From assembly GCA_040767085.1 (NCBI GenBank), contig JAXGPF010000004.1:32001-96000 (forward strand): a DNA stretch of 64,000 nucleotides, read 5' to 3'. Both the position numbers and the translations under genes were made by a program. Positions 39,686-50,679 of the stretch are shown here, piece after piece. Position 1 is the stretch's first letter, and the number at the start of each line of letters is the position of its first letter. The DNA comes from Kiritimatiellia bacterium (lineage in GTDB: Bacteria; Verrucomicrobiota; Kiritimatiellia; JAAZAB01). The notes under the pieces are model-generated. The model saw only the letters and a program-made list of their open reading frames with translations, ran no database searches and had not been told where the DNA came from.

Positions 39686-39857
39686 CAAAACTTCAATGAT
39701 CTTGCCGGATATCTTGATTGCGTTCAAGTGTTGTGTGTGTTTGGGTGTGCCCCGCTCGCGCATAAAATCATCATCGAATCAATGCGCGCCCGTCCGCGGC
39801 CATCGTCGCAGTTAACCACCAATGCAAAACTGAATCTTGCTGTCTGAGAGGAGTTAT

Positions 39858-40904
39858 ATGTTCGAGTTTAATAATTTTGTGACCGCCGGCAAATTCTTCC
39901 TGATGATTGCCGGGGAGCTGATCCTGATCTTCGTGGTGGTGGCCTTTATTATCGGCTTGCTGCTGGAATACCTGCCTCCGTCCCGCATCAAGGGATTTCT
40001 GGCCGGCCGGCTGATGTGGATGCAATATTTCCTGGGCGCCGGCCTTGGCGCCATCACGCCTTTCTGTTCCTGTTCAACGGTTCCCATCGTGACCGGCTTG
40101 CTCAAGGGCGGCGTCCCGTTCGGCCCGGTCATGGCGTTCCTGTTTGCCTCCCCGGTGCTCAACCCGGTCATCATCGGTTTGTTTCTCATGCTTCTGGGCA
40201 TCAAGGTGACGGTGGCCTATGTGGTCATAACCTTTTTAGGCGCGCTGCTCACGGCGGCCCTGCTGTCGAAGTTCGGACTGGAAAGGGATGTCAAGCTGCT
40301 GGCAAGCATGCAGGGTGGATGTTGCGGTTCGCCGGCCGTGATCGAACCGGCGGCCGCGCGCGCGGCTGCTGCCGGCGGCGGCTGTTGCTGTTCGGGGACC
40401 GCGGAATCAAGGGCAGCTCCGCCGGCTCAATCCAAATGCTGTGCGGCCATTATGGATGCGGACGACTCCGCGCGGGTGCCGTTCAAGCAACGCTTGAAAA
40501 GGGCATCGCAAGCGGCGGTCGCTACCTTCCAGGGGGTGTTCTGGTACCTGATGCTGGGCGCGGGCATCGGCGCCTTCATCTATGGCTTTTTCCCGAAGGA
40601 TCTCGTAGTGCGCCTGGCCGGGCCGGGCAACCCGTGGTCCATACCCATGGCGGCGGCATTGGGCGTGCCCATGTACATCCGGGCCGAAACGGTGATCCCC
40701 ATTGGCGCCGCCCTGATCGGCAAGGGTATGGGAGTCGGCACCGTCCTGGCCCTGGTGATCGCCGGGGCCGGCGCGAGCATCCCCGAGCTCATCATCCTGG
40801 GTTCGATCTTCAAAAAACGATTGGTCTTTGCGTTTGTTTTGACCGTGTTTGTGGTTGCGGTTACGGCCGGTTACCTTGTGGATCTCTTGGCTGTCTTGTC
40901 TTGA
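39858..40904 (+). CDS. DUF318/ArsP-family permease with Cys-rich central loop
   Basis: ITPFCSCSTVP, FLFASPVLNP, GCCG..GCCCS..KCC loop, GVPMYIRAE, GAGASIPE. Confidence 0.85.
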   Translation: MFEFNNFVTAGKFFLMIAGELILIFVVVAFIIGLLLEYLPPSRIKGFLAGRLMWMQYFLGAGLGAITPFCSCSTVPIVTGLLKGGVPFGPVMAFLFASPVLNPVIIGLFLMLLGIKVTVAYVVITFLGALLTAALLSKFGLERDVKLLASMQGGCCGSPAVIEPAAARAAAAGGGCCCSGTAESRAAPPAQSKCCAAIMDADDSARVPFKQRLKRASQAAVATFQGVFWYLMLGAGIGAFIYGFFPKDLVVRLAGPGNPWSIPMAAALGVPMYIRAETVIPIGAALIGKGMGVGTVLALVIAGAGASIPELIILGSIFKKRLVFAFVLTVFVVAVTAGYLVDLLAVLS

Positions 40905-41019
40905 TGTGATCGGGGCGTTGGGGCGGGGGCGGCCACCGCGAAGACGGACGCGTTCTGTCCGGCCGCGCGGGGGACTGCGCTTGCCGGGTAACGATCTGTC
41001 TAGAAACCAGTCATTCACC

Positions 41020-41478
41020 ATGGAACAACGTTTGAAAATTCTTTTTCTCTGCACCGGCAATTCCTGCCGGAGCCAGATGGCCGAGGGCTGGGCGCGGCAT
41101 CTGAAGGGCGATGTTCTGGATGCTTATTCCGCTGGGATCGAAACGCATGGCTTGAATCCAAATGCCGTGAAAGTGATGGCCGAAGCCGGGGTAGACATAT
41201 CCGGACAGCGGTCAAAGCATGTAGAGGAATTGCAGGATGTCGCGTTTGACTTTGTGGTGACGGTTTGCGATAATGCCCACGATGCCTGTCCGATATTTCC
41301 GGGCAGAACCAAAGTAGTGCATGTCGGTTTTGACGATCCGCCGCGCCTGGCGCGAAGCGCCAAGACAGAGGAGGAGGCCCTGGCTTGCTACCGCCGTGTG
41401 CGGGACGAGATCCGGGCCTTGGTTGAGAAATTGCCGGAGTCGCTTGGAACCCCCCCGGAAACAAAGCAAGGAACATGA
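41020..41478 (+). CDS. arsC: Arsenate reductase (thioredoxin-coupled, LMW-PTP fold)
   Basis: [31 protein letters not shown]. Confidence 0.93.
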   Translation: MEQRLKILFLCTGNSCRSQMAEGWARHLKGDVLDAYSAGIETHGLNPNAVKVMAEAGVDISGQRSKHVEELQDVAFDFVVTVCDNAHDACPIFPGRTKVVHVGFDDPPRLARSAKTEEEALACYRRVRDEIRALVEKLPESLGTPPETKQGT

Positions 41479-42692
41479 ACGTGAGCGATACGATTGACCG
41501 CGCCAACGAGCGGAAATTGACGAATGTGTTTGAGCGCTACCTGACTGTCTGGGTGGCGCTCTGCATCATGGCCGGCATCTTGCTCGGGAAAGTGGCGCCG
41601 GGCGTGGCCAGGTATCTCGATGGCCTGGCTGTCTTTGTAAATGGCGCGCCGGTGGTCTCGATCCCCATCGCCATCTGCCTCTTCTGCATGATGTATCCCA
41701 TCATGGTCAAGATTGACTTTGCGTCCGTGATCAAAGCGGGCCAGAGCGGCAAACCCGTCTGGCTGACGCTGTTTGTGAATTGGGCCGTCAAGCCGTTCAC
41801 CATGTATGCCATCGCCCTTTTCTTCCTGGGCTTTCTGTTCCGGGGCCTAATTGGCGCGGAAGCGACCGACTTGGTGAAAATGCCTTTCGGCCTGGACCTG
41901 GCCGTGGGGGCCACGCATGGCGCGGGGATCGTGGTGCTGCATGAAGGGGTGAAAATGCTGCAGGTGCCCCTCTGGCGCAGCTATTTCGCCGGCTGCATCC
42001 TGCTGGGAATTGCGCCTTGCACGGCGATGGTGCTGGTGTGGGGGTACCTGGCCCGGGGCAATGACGGCCTGACCCTGATCATGGTGGCGATCAATTCGTT
42101 GTCCATGCTCCTCCTGTACGGCTTGTTGGGCGGTTTTTTGCTGGGGGTGGGGCGCCTGCCGGTGCCGTGGCAGGCGTTGTTGTTGTCCATCGTGATTTAT
42201 GTGGCGCTGCCGTTGGCGGCCGGCTATATGTCACGCAAGTGGATCATCCGGGCCCGGGGCGAGGCGTGGTTCAAAGAGAAGTTCCTGCATGTGCTTACGC
42301 CGGTTACGATCATTGCCCTTTTGACCACGTTGGTATTGCTCTTCAGCTTCAAGGGTGAGACCATCCTGGGCAACCCGCTGACGATTTTATGGATAGCCAT
42401 TCCCCTGTTCATCCAGACCATGTTGATTTTCTGGCTGGGTTATGGCGCAGCCAAACTCCTGAAATTGTCATACCGTGATGCGGCGCCTGCCGCTATGATC
42501 GGGGCTTCGAATCATTTCGAAGTGGCGATTGCCACTGCCACGATGTTGTTTGGGCTCTCGTCCGGAGCGGCCCTGGCGACGGTGGTGGGGGTATTGATCG
42601 AGGTGCCGCTGATGCTTTGGCTGGTGCGGATTTGCCTGCGGACGCAAAAATGGTTCCCGGCGGGTGTGGCGGAACGTGGCGGCGCGCCATGA
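41475..42692 (+). CDS. acr3: ACR3 arsenite efflux transporter
   Basis: [50 protein letters not shown]. Confidence 0.95.
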   Translation: MNVSDTIDRANERKLTNVFERYLTVWVALCIMAGILLGKVAPGVARYLDGLAVFVNGAPVVSIPIAICLFCMMYPIMVKIDFASVIKAGQSGKPVWLTLFVNWAVKPFTMYAIALFFLGFLFRGLIGAEATDLVKMPFGLDLAVGATHGAGIVVLHEGVKMLQVPLWRSYFAGCILLGIAPCTAMVLVWGYLARGNDGLTLIMVAINSLSMLLLYGLLGGFLLGVGRLPVPWQALLLSIVIYVALPLAAGYMSRKWIIRARGEAWFKEKFLHVLTPVTIIALLTTLVLLFSFKGETILGNPLTILWIAIPLFIQTMLIFWLGYGAAKLLKLSYRDAAPAAMIGASNHFEVAIATATMLFGLSSGAALATVVGVLIEVPLMLWLVRICLRTQKWFPAGVAERGGAP

Positions 42693-43606
42693 ATGTACGG
42701 GAAAATCTGTCAACGGCCTGCCGGCATCAACGCAGCATGCGGGCGGTCAATCTGGGGCTGGGCGCCAACCTTTTGCTGGCGGCGGTGAAAACCGCCGCCG
42801 GCATCCTGGGGCACAGCTCGGCGTTGCTCGCGGATGGCGTCAACTCCACTTCGGACGTGGTGTTTTTTGTCATCGTGCGGGTTTTCATGTCATTCGCCGG
42901 TAAGCCGGCCGACCGCGAGCATCCTTATGGACACAACCAGATGGAAAGCATCGCCGCGTTGGTGGTGGGCGCCTTTGTCATGGCCACGGCGGTGGCGATA
43001 TTCTGGGATTCCGTCAACGCGGCGTTCGATATGTTTATAGGGAAGGCCGATCGAATTCACGCCGCCGGCTTCACGCTTTGGGTGGCGCTGGGAACTGTTG
43101 TCATAAAAATCGCGCTCACCGTCGTGACCCGTCTGCTGGCAGGGCAGACCGGAAATGCCGCCGTGCTGGCACTGGCGCAGGATCACCGGAACGACGCCTT
43201 TTCCGCGGCGGGTGCGGCGCTGGGAATCCTTGTCGGACGGATGGGGCATCACTGGGCGGACCCCCTGGCAGGCGCCATTGTCTCGCTGATCGTTTTCAAA
43301 ACCGGCATTCAGATACTCCGGGATTCATCGGCTAATTTGATGGATGCGGTGCCGGGCGACGCCCTCGACAAACAGGTGCGCGGCCTGCTCGCCGGCCTGC
43401 CGGCGGTGATTGAGGTGGAAGAAGTCCAGGCGCATCATTTCGGGCCATACCTGGTTTTGAATGTCACCATTGGCATCAACGGCCTCCTGAGTGTTGTGTC
43501 TGGCGACCAGATTGCTTCGGAAGTCGAACGGATTCTTGTGAAAAACGTCGGATTCACGCGCCGCGTGCATGTGCATTACCACCCGGCGCAAACGAAAAGC
43601 GGATGA
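42689..43606 (+). CDS. Cation diffusion facilitator (FieF-like)
   Basis: [35 protein letters not shown]. Confidence 0.9.
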   Translation: MNVRENLSTACRHQRSMRAVNLGLGANLLLAAVKTAAGILGHSSALLADGVNSTSDVVFFVIVRVFMSFAGKPADREHPYGHNQMESIAALVVGAFVMATAVAIFWDSVNAAFDMFIGKADRIHAAGFTLWVALGTVVIKIALTVVTRLLAGQTGNAAVLALAQDHRNDAFSAAGAALGILVGRMGHHWADPLAGAIVSLIVFKTGIQILRDSSANLMDAVPGDALDKQVRGLLAGLPAVIEVEEVQAHHFGPYLVLNVTIGINGLLSVVSGDQIASEVERILVKNVGFTRRVHVHYHPAQTKSG

Positions 43607-43765
43607 ATTATTGTTTCAGGATTTCCAGCGCGAACGGATGGCCGTCGTCCGCCAATGCCTGCCTACGCCTGGCTTCGGCGCGGCATGCAGTTCGGCGCTA
43701 AAGGACAGCAATCCGGATCCGGGTTTGCCGCCCGCATCAGGAAGTCTGATATTATTTTGAGAACC

Positions 43766-44740
43766 TTAACACCGGCCCGGCAGACAGCCGGCCTGGACCA
43801 GGTTGGCGCGGATACGTTCGAGCGGCGGACGGTCGTCGGCTGTAAATTCGCTGCCGGTGATCGTCTCATACGCCTGAATGTACCGGCGGGCGGCTTCGAG
43901 CCTGACTTCGTCCGGCATGGCCGGCGGGTTGCCTTCGCCGCGGAATCCCTGCGCGGCGAACCATTCGCGCACGTATTCCTTGTCAATCTTGCGCTGGTCC
44001 CGGCCGGCCTGGAAAAGCTCCGCATAGGTGTCGGCTAACCAGTAGCGCGAGGAATCCGGAGTGTGAATTTCGTCCGAGATCAGCAGCCGGCCGTCCCGGA
44101 GGCCTAGTTCGTACTTGGTGTCAACCAGGATCAGGCCGCGTTCCCGGGCGCGTTCAACGCCGAACCGGAACAGGCGCATGCAAATTCCAGCCGCGGCATC
44201 GAAGGTGGCGGCATCTATCAGTTTTTCCGCAATCGCCTGGGCGCGGGAGATCGGCCGGTCGTGCTTTTCGAACTTGGTGGAGGGGGTCAGGATGGGCTCC
44301 GGCAATTGCTGGTCGCGCCGCAGTCCTTCCGGGAGGACATGGCCGCAATATTCCCGCGCGCCCTGCTGGTAATTATACCAGAGCGACGTCTTGGTGACGC
44401 CGGTGATGTATCCGCGCACGACGAACTCCAACGCCAGTTGTTCGCATTCCTCCACCACCATCACGCAAGGGTCGGGTGTGGCCGCCATGTGATTGGGCGC
44501 CACCTGGCGCGATGCATTGAACCAGTAGGCCGCCAGTTGATTCAGCACCTGCCCCTTGAAGGGAATTGTGCCCAGGACCCGGTCGAAGGCCGAAATCCGG
44601 TCGGTGGCTACCATCACCATGCTGCCTTTGTGCCGGTAAATATCGCGGACCTTGCCGCGGGTTTTCCGGCCCAGGCCTTTGAAATCGGTGTTTTCCACCG
44701 TCCGGCTCAATTCCTGCCGCAAGCGATTTTCGGAAATCAT
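43766..44740 (-). CDS. purC: SAICAR synthetase
   Basis: GKVRDIY, TDRISAFD, PFKGQVLN, VDTKYELG, DEIHTPDSSRYW. Confidence 0.95.
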   Translation of the reverse strand: MISENRLRQELSRTVENTDFKGLGRKTRGKVRDIYRHKGSMVMVATDRISAFDRVLGTIPFKGQVLNQLAAYWFNASRQVAPNHMAATPDPCVMVVEECEQLALEFVVRGYITGVTKTSLWYNYQQGAREYCGHVLPEGLRRDQQLPEPILTPSTKFEKHDRPISRAQAIAEKLIDAATFDAAAGICMRLFRFGVERARERGLILVDTKYELGLRDGRLLISDEIHTPDSSRYWLADTYAELFQAGRDQRKIDKEYVREWFAAQGFRGEGNPPAMPDEVRLEAARRYIQAYETITGSEFTADDRPPLERIRANLVQAGCLPGRC

Positions 44741-44775
44741 AATGCCATCCCTCCCGTGGTTCCCGCCCACCCCGC

Positions 44776-45384
44776 TCACATGCCCGCACATACTTCCGCC
44801 CCGCGCGCCCACTCCACCAATACCCGCCGGCGATAAAGTCCCTCGCTTAAATGCGTGTTTTCAAAATTCAAACGCAACCGCAGGGCCGTTCCGTCCGCGG
44901 CGTCGCGGGCGGCGATAGCGCCTGACACCTGCTCCGCATTCCACTGCCGCTCCGGAATTTCCGCCCATTCGAGCAACCAGGCCAGCAGGTAAGCGAAAAT
45001 CTCGGCATCCACGCAATCGCGCGGCAACTCGCGGACGCAAACCTGCTCCGCGCCGGCCCGCAACTCCAATTTCACGGCGCCGGGCAATCCCAGCAATTCG
45101 CACTCGGCCATCACCGCGGCCAACGATTCGCGCCGGCCCGCGGCCGCTGTGCATTGAATTTCGCGCTCCAAAGCCAGGGTGGGAAACAACATGTCCGGCT
45201 GCAGCGGTCCGTCCATCAAGGCCGTCAACGCCATGGCATCGCAACGGGGATAATCCGAGCGCGTTTCCTGCAGGAGCGCCAGCCAGAACCGGGCGGCGGA
45301 GTTGGCGTAAGGCACGCCGCGCACGTACAACGGCCGCAGCGCCGGGCCGCCGGGGTGCTTGTCGTCCGCCAGCATGCGTGACAT
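44776..45384 (-). CDS. Hypothetical protein
   Basis: Open frame between tRNA-His and purC; SD AGGAG before ATG 45384 (the ORF-track start overlaps the tRNA). Confidence 0.6.
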   Translation of the reverse strand: MSRMLADDKHPGGPALRPLYVRGVPYANSAARFWLALLQETRSDYPRCDAMALTALMDGPLQPDMLFPTLALEREIQCTAAAGRRESLAAVMAECELLGLPGAVKLELRAGAEQVCVRELPRDCVDAEIFAYLLAWLLEWAEIPERQWNAEQVSGAIAARDAADGTALRLRLNFENTHLSEGLYRRRVLVEWARGAEVCAGM

Positions 45385-45474
45385 ACCTGGGATTCTCCTG
45401 GCCGGGCCGTGCGCCCCTGAAGACGGCAGGTTCAGGATGAAATCATCCCGGTCGGTCTGGGCCCCGCGTTGAAA

Positions 45475-45552
45475 TGGGGTGGGTAACGGGATTTGAACCC
45501 GCGACATTCAGATCCACAATCTGACGCTCTAACCAACTGAGCTATACCCACC
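45475..45552 (-). tRNA. tRNA-His(GTG)
   Basis: G-1 plus GTGGGTA acceptor, anticodon arm TCAGA-TTGTGGA-TCTGA, GGTTCAAATCC, CCA; promoter TTGAAA-17-CATACT at 45598-45570. Confidence 0.97.
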
Positions 45553-45622
45553 GGCAAAAACCGGGGAGCAGTATGGCACATCCGGGAGCGGATTTCAACC
45601 GGAATCTTGGGCGGCGCGCAGA

Positions 45623-46540
45623 TTATACCGAAACGCCCAGGATTTCCAGGACGCGGTTGAAATCGTCATTTGAATAAAAATCGATTTCCAGCGTGCCCTT
45701 GATCTTGCGGCCGCCGGCCAGGGTGCGCGAAGGCGCAATGCGCACGGCCGTCCCGAAATGCTGGTGCAGGACATCGGTCAGATGCCGCAGGTGCTCCGGC
45801 GGGATATCCACATCCTGGGTGCGCCGCGAACGGCGTCCGCCGCGCGCCAGGCGCGCGACAACCTTTTCCGTGTTGCGCACCGACCAGCCTTCCGCCGCCG
45901 CCCGGCGCGCCAGAAGGCAGCGTTCCTCCGGCAAAGCCACGCCCAGCAGCACCTTGGCGTGGCCGGCGGAAAGGCGGCCGTCGGACAACATGGTCTGCAC
46001 TTCCTCGGGCAAATCCAGCAGGCGCAGGGCATTGGCCACGGTGGCGCGAGCCTTCCCCACCCGGCCGGCAATGGCTTCCTGGGACAAGCCGAACTGGTCG
46101 GCCAACCGCTGGTAGCCGCGGGCCTCCTCCATGGGATTCAGGTCGGCACGCTGGAGATTTTCCACCAGCGCCATTTCCAGCGAGCCCTGGTCGCCAATTT
46201 CCACCACGCGCACCGGAACAACGGCCAGGCCGGCCTGGCGCGCGGCGCGCAAACGCCTTTCGCCCGCCACCAGTTCATACCGGCCGCCCTGCTTGCGCAC
46301 CAGCAAAGCCTGGAGCACCCCGCAGGATTTGATGGAAGCGGCCAATTCATCCAGCGATTCCGGCGTGAAGTCATCCCGCGGCTGCAGCGGGTTGACGTGA
46401 ATCAGATTCAGCGCCAACTCCGTCGGCGGTAAATCAGGGGACAGCGCCGCCGGGACCGCCGCTTCCGCGGCAGGCGCGGGCACGGGACTGTCCTTGATCA
46501 ATGCAGCCAAACCGCGCCCTAGACCATGTTTAGCGGCCAT
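45623..46540 (-). CDS. parB: ParB/Spo0J partition protein
   Basis: GLGRGLAALI, NPLQPR, VAGERRLRAA, ENLQRADLNPMEEA, HTH. Confidence 0.95.
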   Translation of the reverse strand: MAAKHGLGRGLAALIKDSPVPAPAAEAAVPAALSPDLPPTELALNLIHVNPLQPRDDFTPESLDELAASIKSCGVLQALLVRKQGGRYELVAGERRLRAARQAGLAVVPVRVVEIGDQGSLEMALVENLQRADLNPMEEARGYQRLADQFGLSQEAIAGRVGKARATVANALRLLDLPEEVQTMLSDGRLSAGHAKVLLGVALPEERCLLARRAAAEGWSVRNTEKVVARLARGGRRSRRTQDVDIPPEHLRHLTDVLHQHFGTAVRIAPSRTLAGGRKIKGTLEIDFYSNDDFNRVLEILGVSV

Positions 46541-46703
46541 AAGCGTATTCTTTCTGCTTTCGGAATGAATTTTGAAATGATTTTGCGCCGGATGAACTTA
46601 GTGGGTAAATAAAAGCGCAATCACCTGCCATTGTCAATGAAAATTGCCACCAAACCCCGCAGCATACGTTGACATCCGCCCGACTTACCGTTACCATGCG
46701 CAC

Positions 46704-47768
46704 ATGCAAAGTCACCATCGCGCCGCCATGCATGCATCCGCCCCCACCCGGCCGGCGGCGCCGCGCTTCCCGGTAATTGACTTTCACAACCACGCCTGGG
46801 CCGGGTTTAATCCCGCCCGCGTGGCCCGCATCATGGACCAGGCCGGCATCGCTTTGTACGGCAATCTCACCGGCAACATGCAAATAGTCTGGGCAGGCGG
46901 CGGCTACCAATGGCAGGAAACCCCGTTCAACGCCGTCATGTCCCGCGCCAGGCCGCGGACGGCGCGGCGTTTCTTCAGTTTCACCGCCGCCACTTTCGCC
47001 CGGCCGGCTACCCGTCCGCTTTTCAATGATGCCGCCCGTTTTATTGACGAGACGCTGGCCATGCTGAACCAACATGCCCGGCAGGGCGCGCGCGGGCTGA
47101 AGGTCCTCAAGGAACTCGGCTTGCATCACCGCGACGGCCAAGGCCGGCTGATCTTCTGCGACGACCGGCGGCTGGCCCCGGTCTGGGATGAATGCGCCCG
47201 CCTGGGCCTGCCCGTGCTGATTCACCAGGCCGACCCGCGCGGCTTCTTCCAGCCGATCCGTCCGGCCAACCCGCATTATACGTCCCTGCAAAAATACCCG
47301 TCCTGGAGTTATGCCGACCGGCGCCGGTTTCCAGCATTCGCCGTGCTGCAGCGGCATTGCCGCCACCTGGTGCAACGCCATCCGCGCACCAGATTCATCC
47401 TGCCCCACATGGCCAACTTGCCCGAAAACCTGGAGTATGTCGGCGATTTGTTGGAGTCCTGCCCGAACCTGACCGTGGATTGCTCGGCGCGGATTGACGA
47501 CCTGGGGCATCATCCCGATGCCGCGCGCGCGTTTTTTATCCGGTGGCAGGACCGCCTGCTGTTCGGCACGGACATGCCGCCATCGGTTAAAATGTATCGC
47601 TGTTATTTCCAGTTCCTCGAGACGGATGACGACGGCATCATCCCGCCCGATTATGACGGCACCTTCGGCCGTTACCGCTGGCGGATTCGCGGATTAAAAC
47701 TCCCGGACAAGGTCCTGCGCAAGATTTATCATAACAATGCCGCAAGCCTGCTGGGCACAGGGCAGTGA
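46704..47768 (+). CDS. Amidohydrolase family protein (amidohydro_2-like)
   Basis: VIDFHNH, PVLIHQADP, ILPHMA, RLLFGTD, KIYHNNA. Confidence 0.85.
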   Translation: MQSHHRAAMHASAPTRPAAPRFPVIDFHNHAWAGFNPARVARIMDQAGIALYGNLTGNMQIVWAGGGYQWQETPFNAVMSRARPRTARRFFSFTAATFARPATRPLFNDAARFIDETLAMLNQHARQGARGLKVLKELGLHHRDGQGRLIFCDDRRLAPVWDECARLGLPVLIHQADPRGFFQPIRPANPHYTSLQKYPSWSYADRRRFPAFAVLQRHCRHLVQRHPRTRFILPHMANLPENLEYVGDLLESCPNLTVDCSARIDDLGHHPDAARAFFIRWQDRLLFGTDMPPSVKMYRCYFQFLETDDDGIIPPDYDGTFGRYRWRIRGLKLPDKVLRKIYHNNAASLLGTGQ

Positions 47769-48062
47769 CGGCGGCATCTTTTGCGTTTTCCAGGCATTGC
47801 CATCCAACGCCCGCAAGGCGGGCCGGCGCGGCAACACTTCCGGAACTTTTAATGCGGTTTCTGAGTTTTGCGCCATGTGCGGCTTTTGCGGCAAGGGATG
47901 GATGGTTTAAACTTTTCCGCCAGATGCCAGGGCAAATATCCAATACAATAATGCAAATATACATGCCTGACCGTTTGACCGGCTGGTTGACCCGAGCTAA
48001 CATGCAATAAATGATTTGATGTTTGTTGAAATGATTGTGAGCAATTTGGGAGTTAACGCTAT

Positions 48063-49445
48063 ATGATCAAGACTAAGGTAGGATTTGTCGTTTACGGCGT
48101 GCATAAGGACGGGCTGCAGGATCCGATGGGGGTCCCTTTCATTGACGACGCTCTGGTGGCCCGTTCCAAAGCGGCGCTGCGGAGCGCCGGGTTGGATTTG
48201 ATCGAGCATCCGGTGGTAGTGGCCTCGCGCATGGAAGCCCGCGAATGCTTCGCCAAGTTCAAAAAAATGGATGACGTGTCGGGGCTGGTGCTCTTTGCCG
48301 GCACCTGGGTCTGGGCCGCGCACCTGCTGGGCGCCTTGCGCGATTACGCCATGGCCGGCAAAAGCCTGGCCGTCTGGACCCATCCCGGCTCGCAAGGCTG
48401 GCGTCCGGTGGGCGGACTGGTGTTGCATGGCGCACTGATGGAGGCGGACATCCCGCACCGGTTCGTTTACGGGGCCGCCGAGGAATCCGACACGGTCAGC
48501 CGGATCGTCAGTTATTGCCGCGCCGGCGCCATGCGCCAGAGGCTGAACCAGGCGGTCTTCGGTGTCTTCGGCGGGCGCGGCATGGGCCAGAGCTGCGGCG
48601 TGGCCGATCCGTCCCAATGGATGCGATCCTTCGGCGTAGACCTCGATTCGCGCGACACCACGCAACTCATCCGCACTGCCGACGCGGTGACGGCCGCGGA
48701 ATTAAAGGCCGTGCGCCGGAAAATTCAGCCGCTGTTCAGCGAGCCGGTGCCGGCCGGCGCCGCCGCGGATCGCTCGCTGCGGGTGTACCTGGCGCTGAAA
48801 AAAATCCTGGCCGCCGAGCAGTGGGACGGCTACACCATCCAGTCCTTCCCCGGCCTGGGCGACGAGTATTGCGCCACCTGCCTGGCGCAAAGCCTGATGC
48901 TCGAAGACGGCGTCGGCACCTCCACCCTGAGCGATTTTAACACCCTGCTGACGGTCAAGCTGCTGACCGATTTCAGCCGCGAGCGCGTGTATTACGGCGA
49001 CCTCCAGCATATTGACAAGCAGCAGAAGGAAATCAAGATCATTGGCGATGGCGCCTGCCCGCCGTCGCTGGCCGGCAAACTCGGCCCCGCCGGCTTCGCC
49101 GAACACGGCATCCCCACTGAGGGAGAGGCCGGCGGCATATCCGTCAAACTCATCTGCAAGCCCGGCGATGGCGTGCTGGCGCGCCTGGGCCGCCGCGCGG
49201 GCAGATTCGAGCTGGTGGTATGCCGCTGCACCGTCTTCGAGCCGCCGGCAGCGACAATCGAAAAACGCCAGTTGGAATGCGGCATCCCATTCTGGCCGCA
49301 TGCCTTCGTCACCGCGCAGGCGGACATGGACAAGCTGCTGCAGGCCTGGAACAACGAATACGCCTGCCTGGGTTACGGCATGCACTTGTTCGACGACCTG
49401 CAAGCCTTCGCGGAGTTGGCCGGGATTGATTTTATTGCGCCGTAA
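48063..49445 (+). CDS. L-fucose/L-arabinose isomerase family protein
   Basis: Overall architecture and C-terminal GVLARL..PFWPHAF..NNEY segment; sugar-catabolism context. Confidence 0.7.
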   Translation: MIKTKVGFVVYGVHKDGLQDPMGVPFIDDALVARSKAALRSAGLDLIEHPVVVASRMEARECFAKFKKMDDVSGLVLFAGTWVWAAHLLGALRDYAMAGKSLAVWTHPGSQGWRPVGGLVLHGALMEADIPHRFVYGAAEESDTVSRIVSYCRAGAMRQRLNQAVFGVFGGRGMGQSCGVADPSQWMRSFGVDLDSRDTTQLIRTADAVTAAELKAVRRKIQPLFSEPVPAGAAADRSLRVYLALKKILAAEQWDGYTIQSFPGLGDEYCATCLAQSLMLEDGVGTSTLSDFNTLLTVKLLTDFSRERVYYGDLQHIDKQQKEIKIIGDGACPPSLAGKLGPAGFAEHGIPTEGEAGGISVKLICKPGDGVLARLGRRAGRFELVVCRCTVFEPPAATIEKRQLECGIPFWPHAFVTAQADMDKLLQAWNNEYACLGYGMHLFDDLQAFAELAGIDFIAP

Positions 49446-49617
49446 TGGCGTTCGAAGTTCGGGGTTCACTAAAACCTCAAAACCAATCATTCTGAATTCA
49501 GACGCCTGCATGCTGAATTCATGTAAAACTTTTGTTTTGAATGTGCTCGACAGCTTGATAATTCTCCTGTTTCCTGTATGATTTCCAACTATCACAAACC
49601 CCTTTTGGAAAAAGCAT

Positions 49618-50679
49618 ATGCTGGAATTCAAACCGGACGCGGACAAGGTTTTTGAGCGGCTGACGGCCTGGTGGAACGGCGAGGTGCTCGACCGGGCGAA
49701 CATTGCCATCGTGGCGCCGAAAAAGGGAGCGTTATTAAAAAACATCCCGGCGCCGGCCACGCTGGAAAAACAGTGGACTGACATTGATTATGTCATCGAA
49801 AAACACTTCGCCCGCATGGCCGCCACCGCCTACATGGGCGATGCCTTGCCGTGCATGCGCGCGGAGCTGGGTCCAAATTTCCTCGCCGCCACCCTGGGTT
49901 GCAAGCTGAATTTTCTGCCCGATACCACCTGGACCGAACCGGCCATTGCCGACTGGCAATCGTTTCAGGGCTTGCCCGATTACCATGCCAGCCGTTGGTA
50001 CCAACTCACCGTCAAAATGACGGAGCGGGTTGCCGCCGAAGCCGAAGGGCGCTGCATCGCCCAGATGCCGGACTTGCATTGCGGCGGCGATGCGGTGGCG
50101 GCATTGCGCGGCAATGAGCCGTTTTTGCTCGATTTTTATGACAACCCCGGCCGCCTGCGCCAAACGCTGGGCATGGTTGACGATATTGCCTGCGAGATGG
50201 TGGATACATTTTACCGGCTCACCACCATGCACGGCCAGCCTGGCAGCACCGGGTTCCTGGTTTGGGGGCCGGGCAAAACTTTCCCGCTGCAGGATGACAC
50301 CCTGGCGCTGGTATCGCCCGCCGCCGCGCGCGAATTCCTGTTGCCCGGACTGCTCAAGCAGGCGCGCCATGTGGATCACGCCATGCTGCATCTGGATGGG
50401 CCCGCGGCGCTGGACAAGCTGGATATGCTGCTTGAGTCTCCCGAAATTCACGGCATTCAATGGCAGCCCGGCGCTGCGCATCGCCCCAAAATCCAATGGA
50501 TACCGCTGATGCAACGCATCCTGAAAGCGGGCAAGCTGCTTTATACCGGCTGCACCGCCGCGGAAGTCGAGCCGCTCCTGACGGCCTTGCCGAGCCGTGG
50601 TCTGCGCCTCAGCTTGACCGCGCGCAGCGAGGAGGAAGGCGAACATATTTTGAAGCTGGCGGCGAAATTGACGCATTAG
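49618..50679 (+). CDS. Uroporphyrinogen decarboxylase/corrinoid methyltransferase (URO-D/CIMS-like) superfamily protein
   Basis: PDLHCGGDAVAALRG..LLDFYDNP, LQDD, MLHLDGP, IQWQPGA. Confidence 0.7.
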   Translation: MLEFKPDADKVFERLTAWWNGEVLDRANIAIVAPKKGALLKNIPAPATLEKQWTDIDYVIEKHFARMAATAYMGDALPCMRAELGPNFLAATLGCKLNFLPDTTWTEPAIADWQSFQGLPDYHASRWYQLTVKMTERVAAEAEGRCIAQMPDLHCGGDAVAALRGNEPFLLDFYDNPGRLRQTLGMVDDIACEMVDTFYRLTTMHGQPGSTGFLVWGPGKTFPLQDDTLALVSPAAAREFLLPGLLKQARHVDHAMLHLDGPAALDKLDMLLESPEIHGIQWQPGAAHRPKIQWIPLMQRILKAGKLLYTGCTAAEVEPLLTALPSRGLRLSLTARSEEEGEHILKLAAKLTH

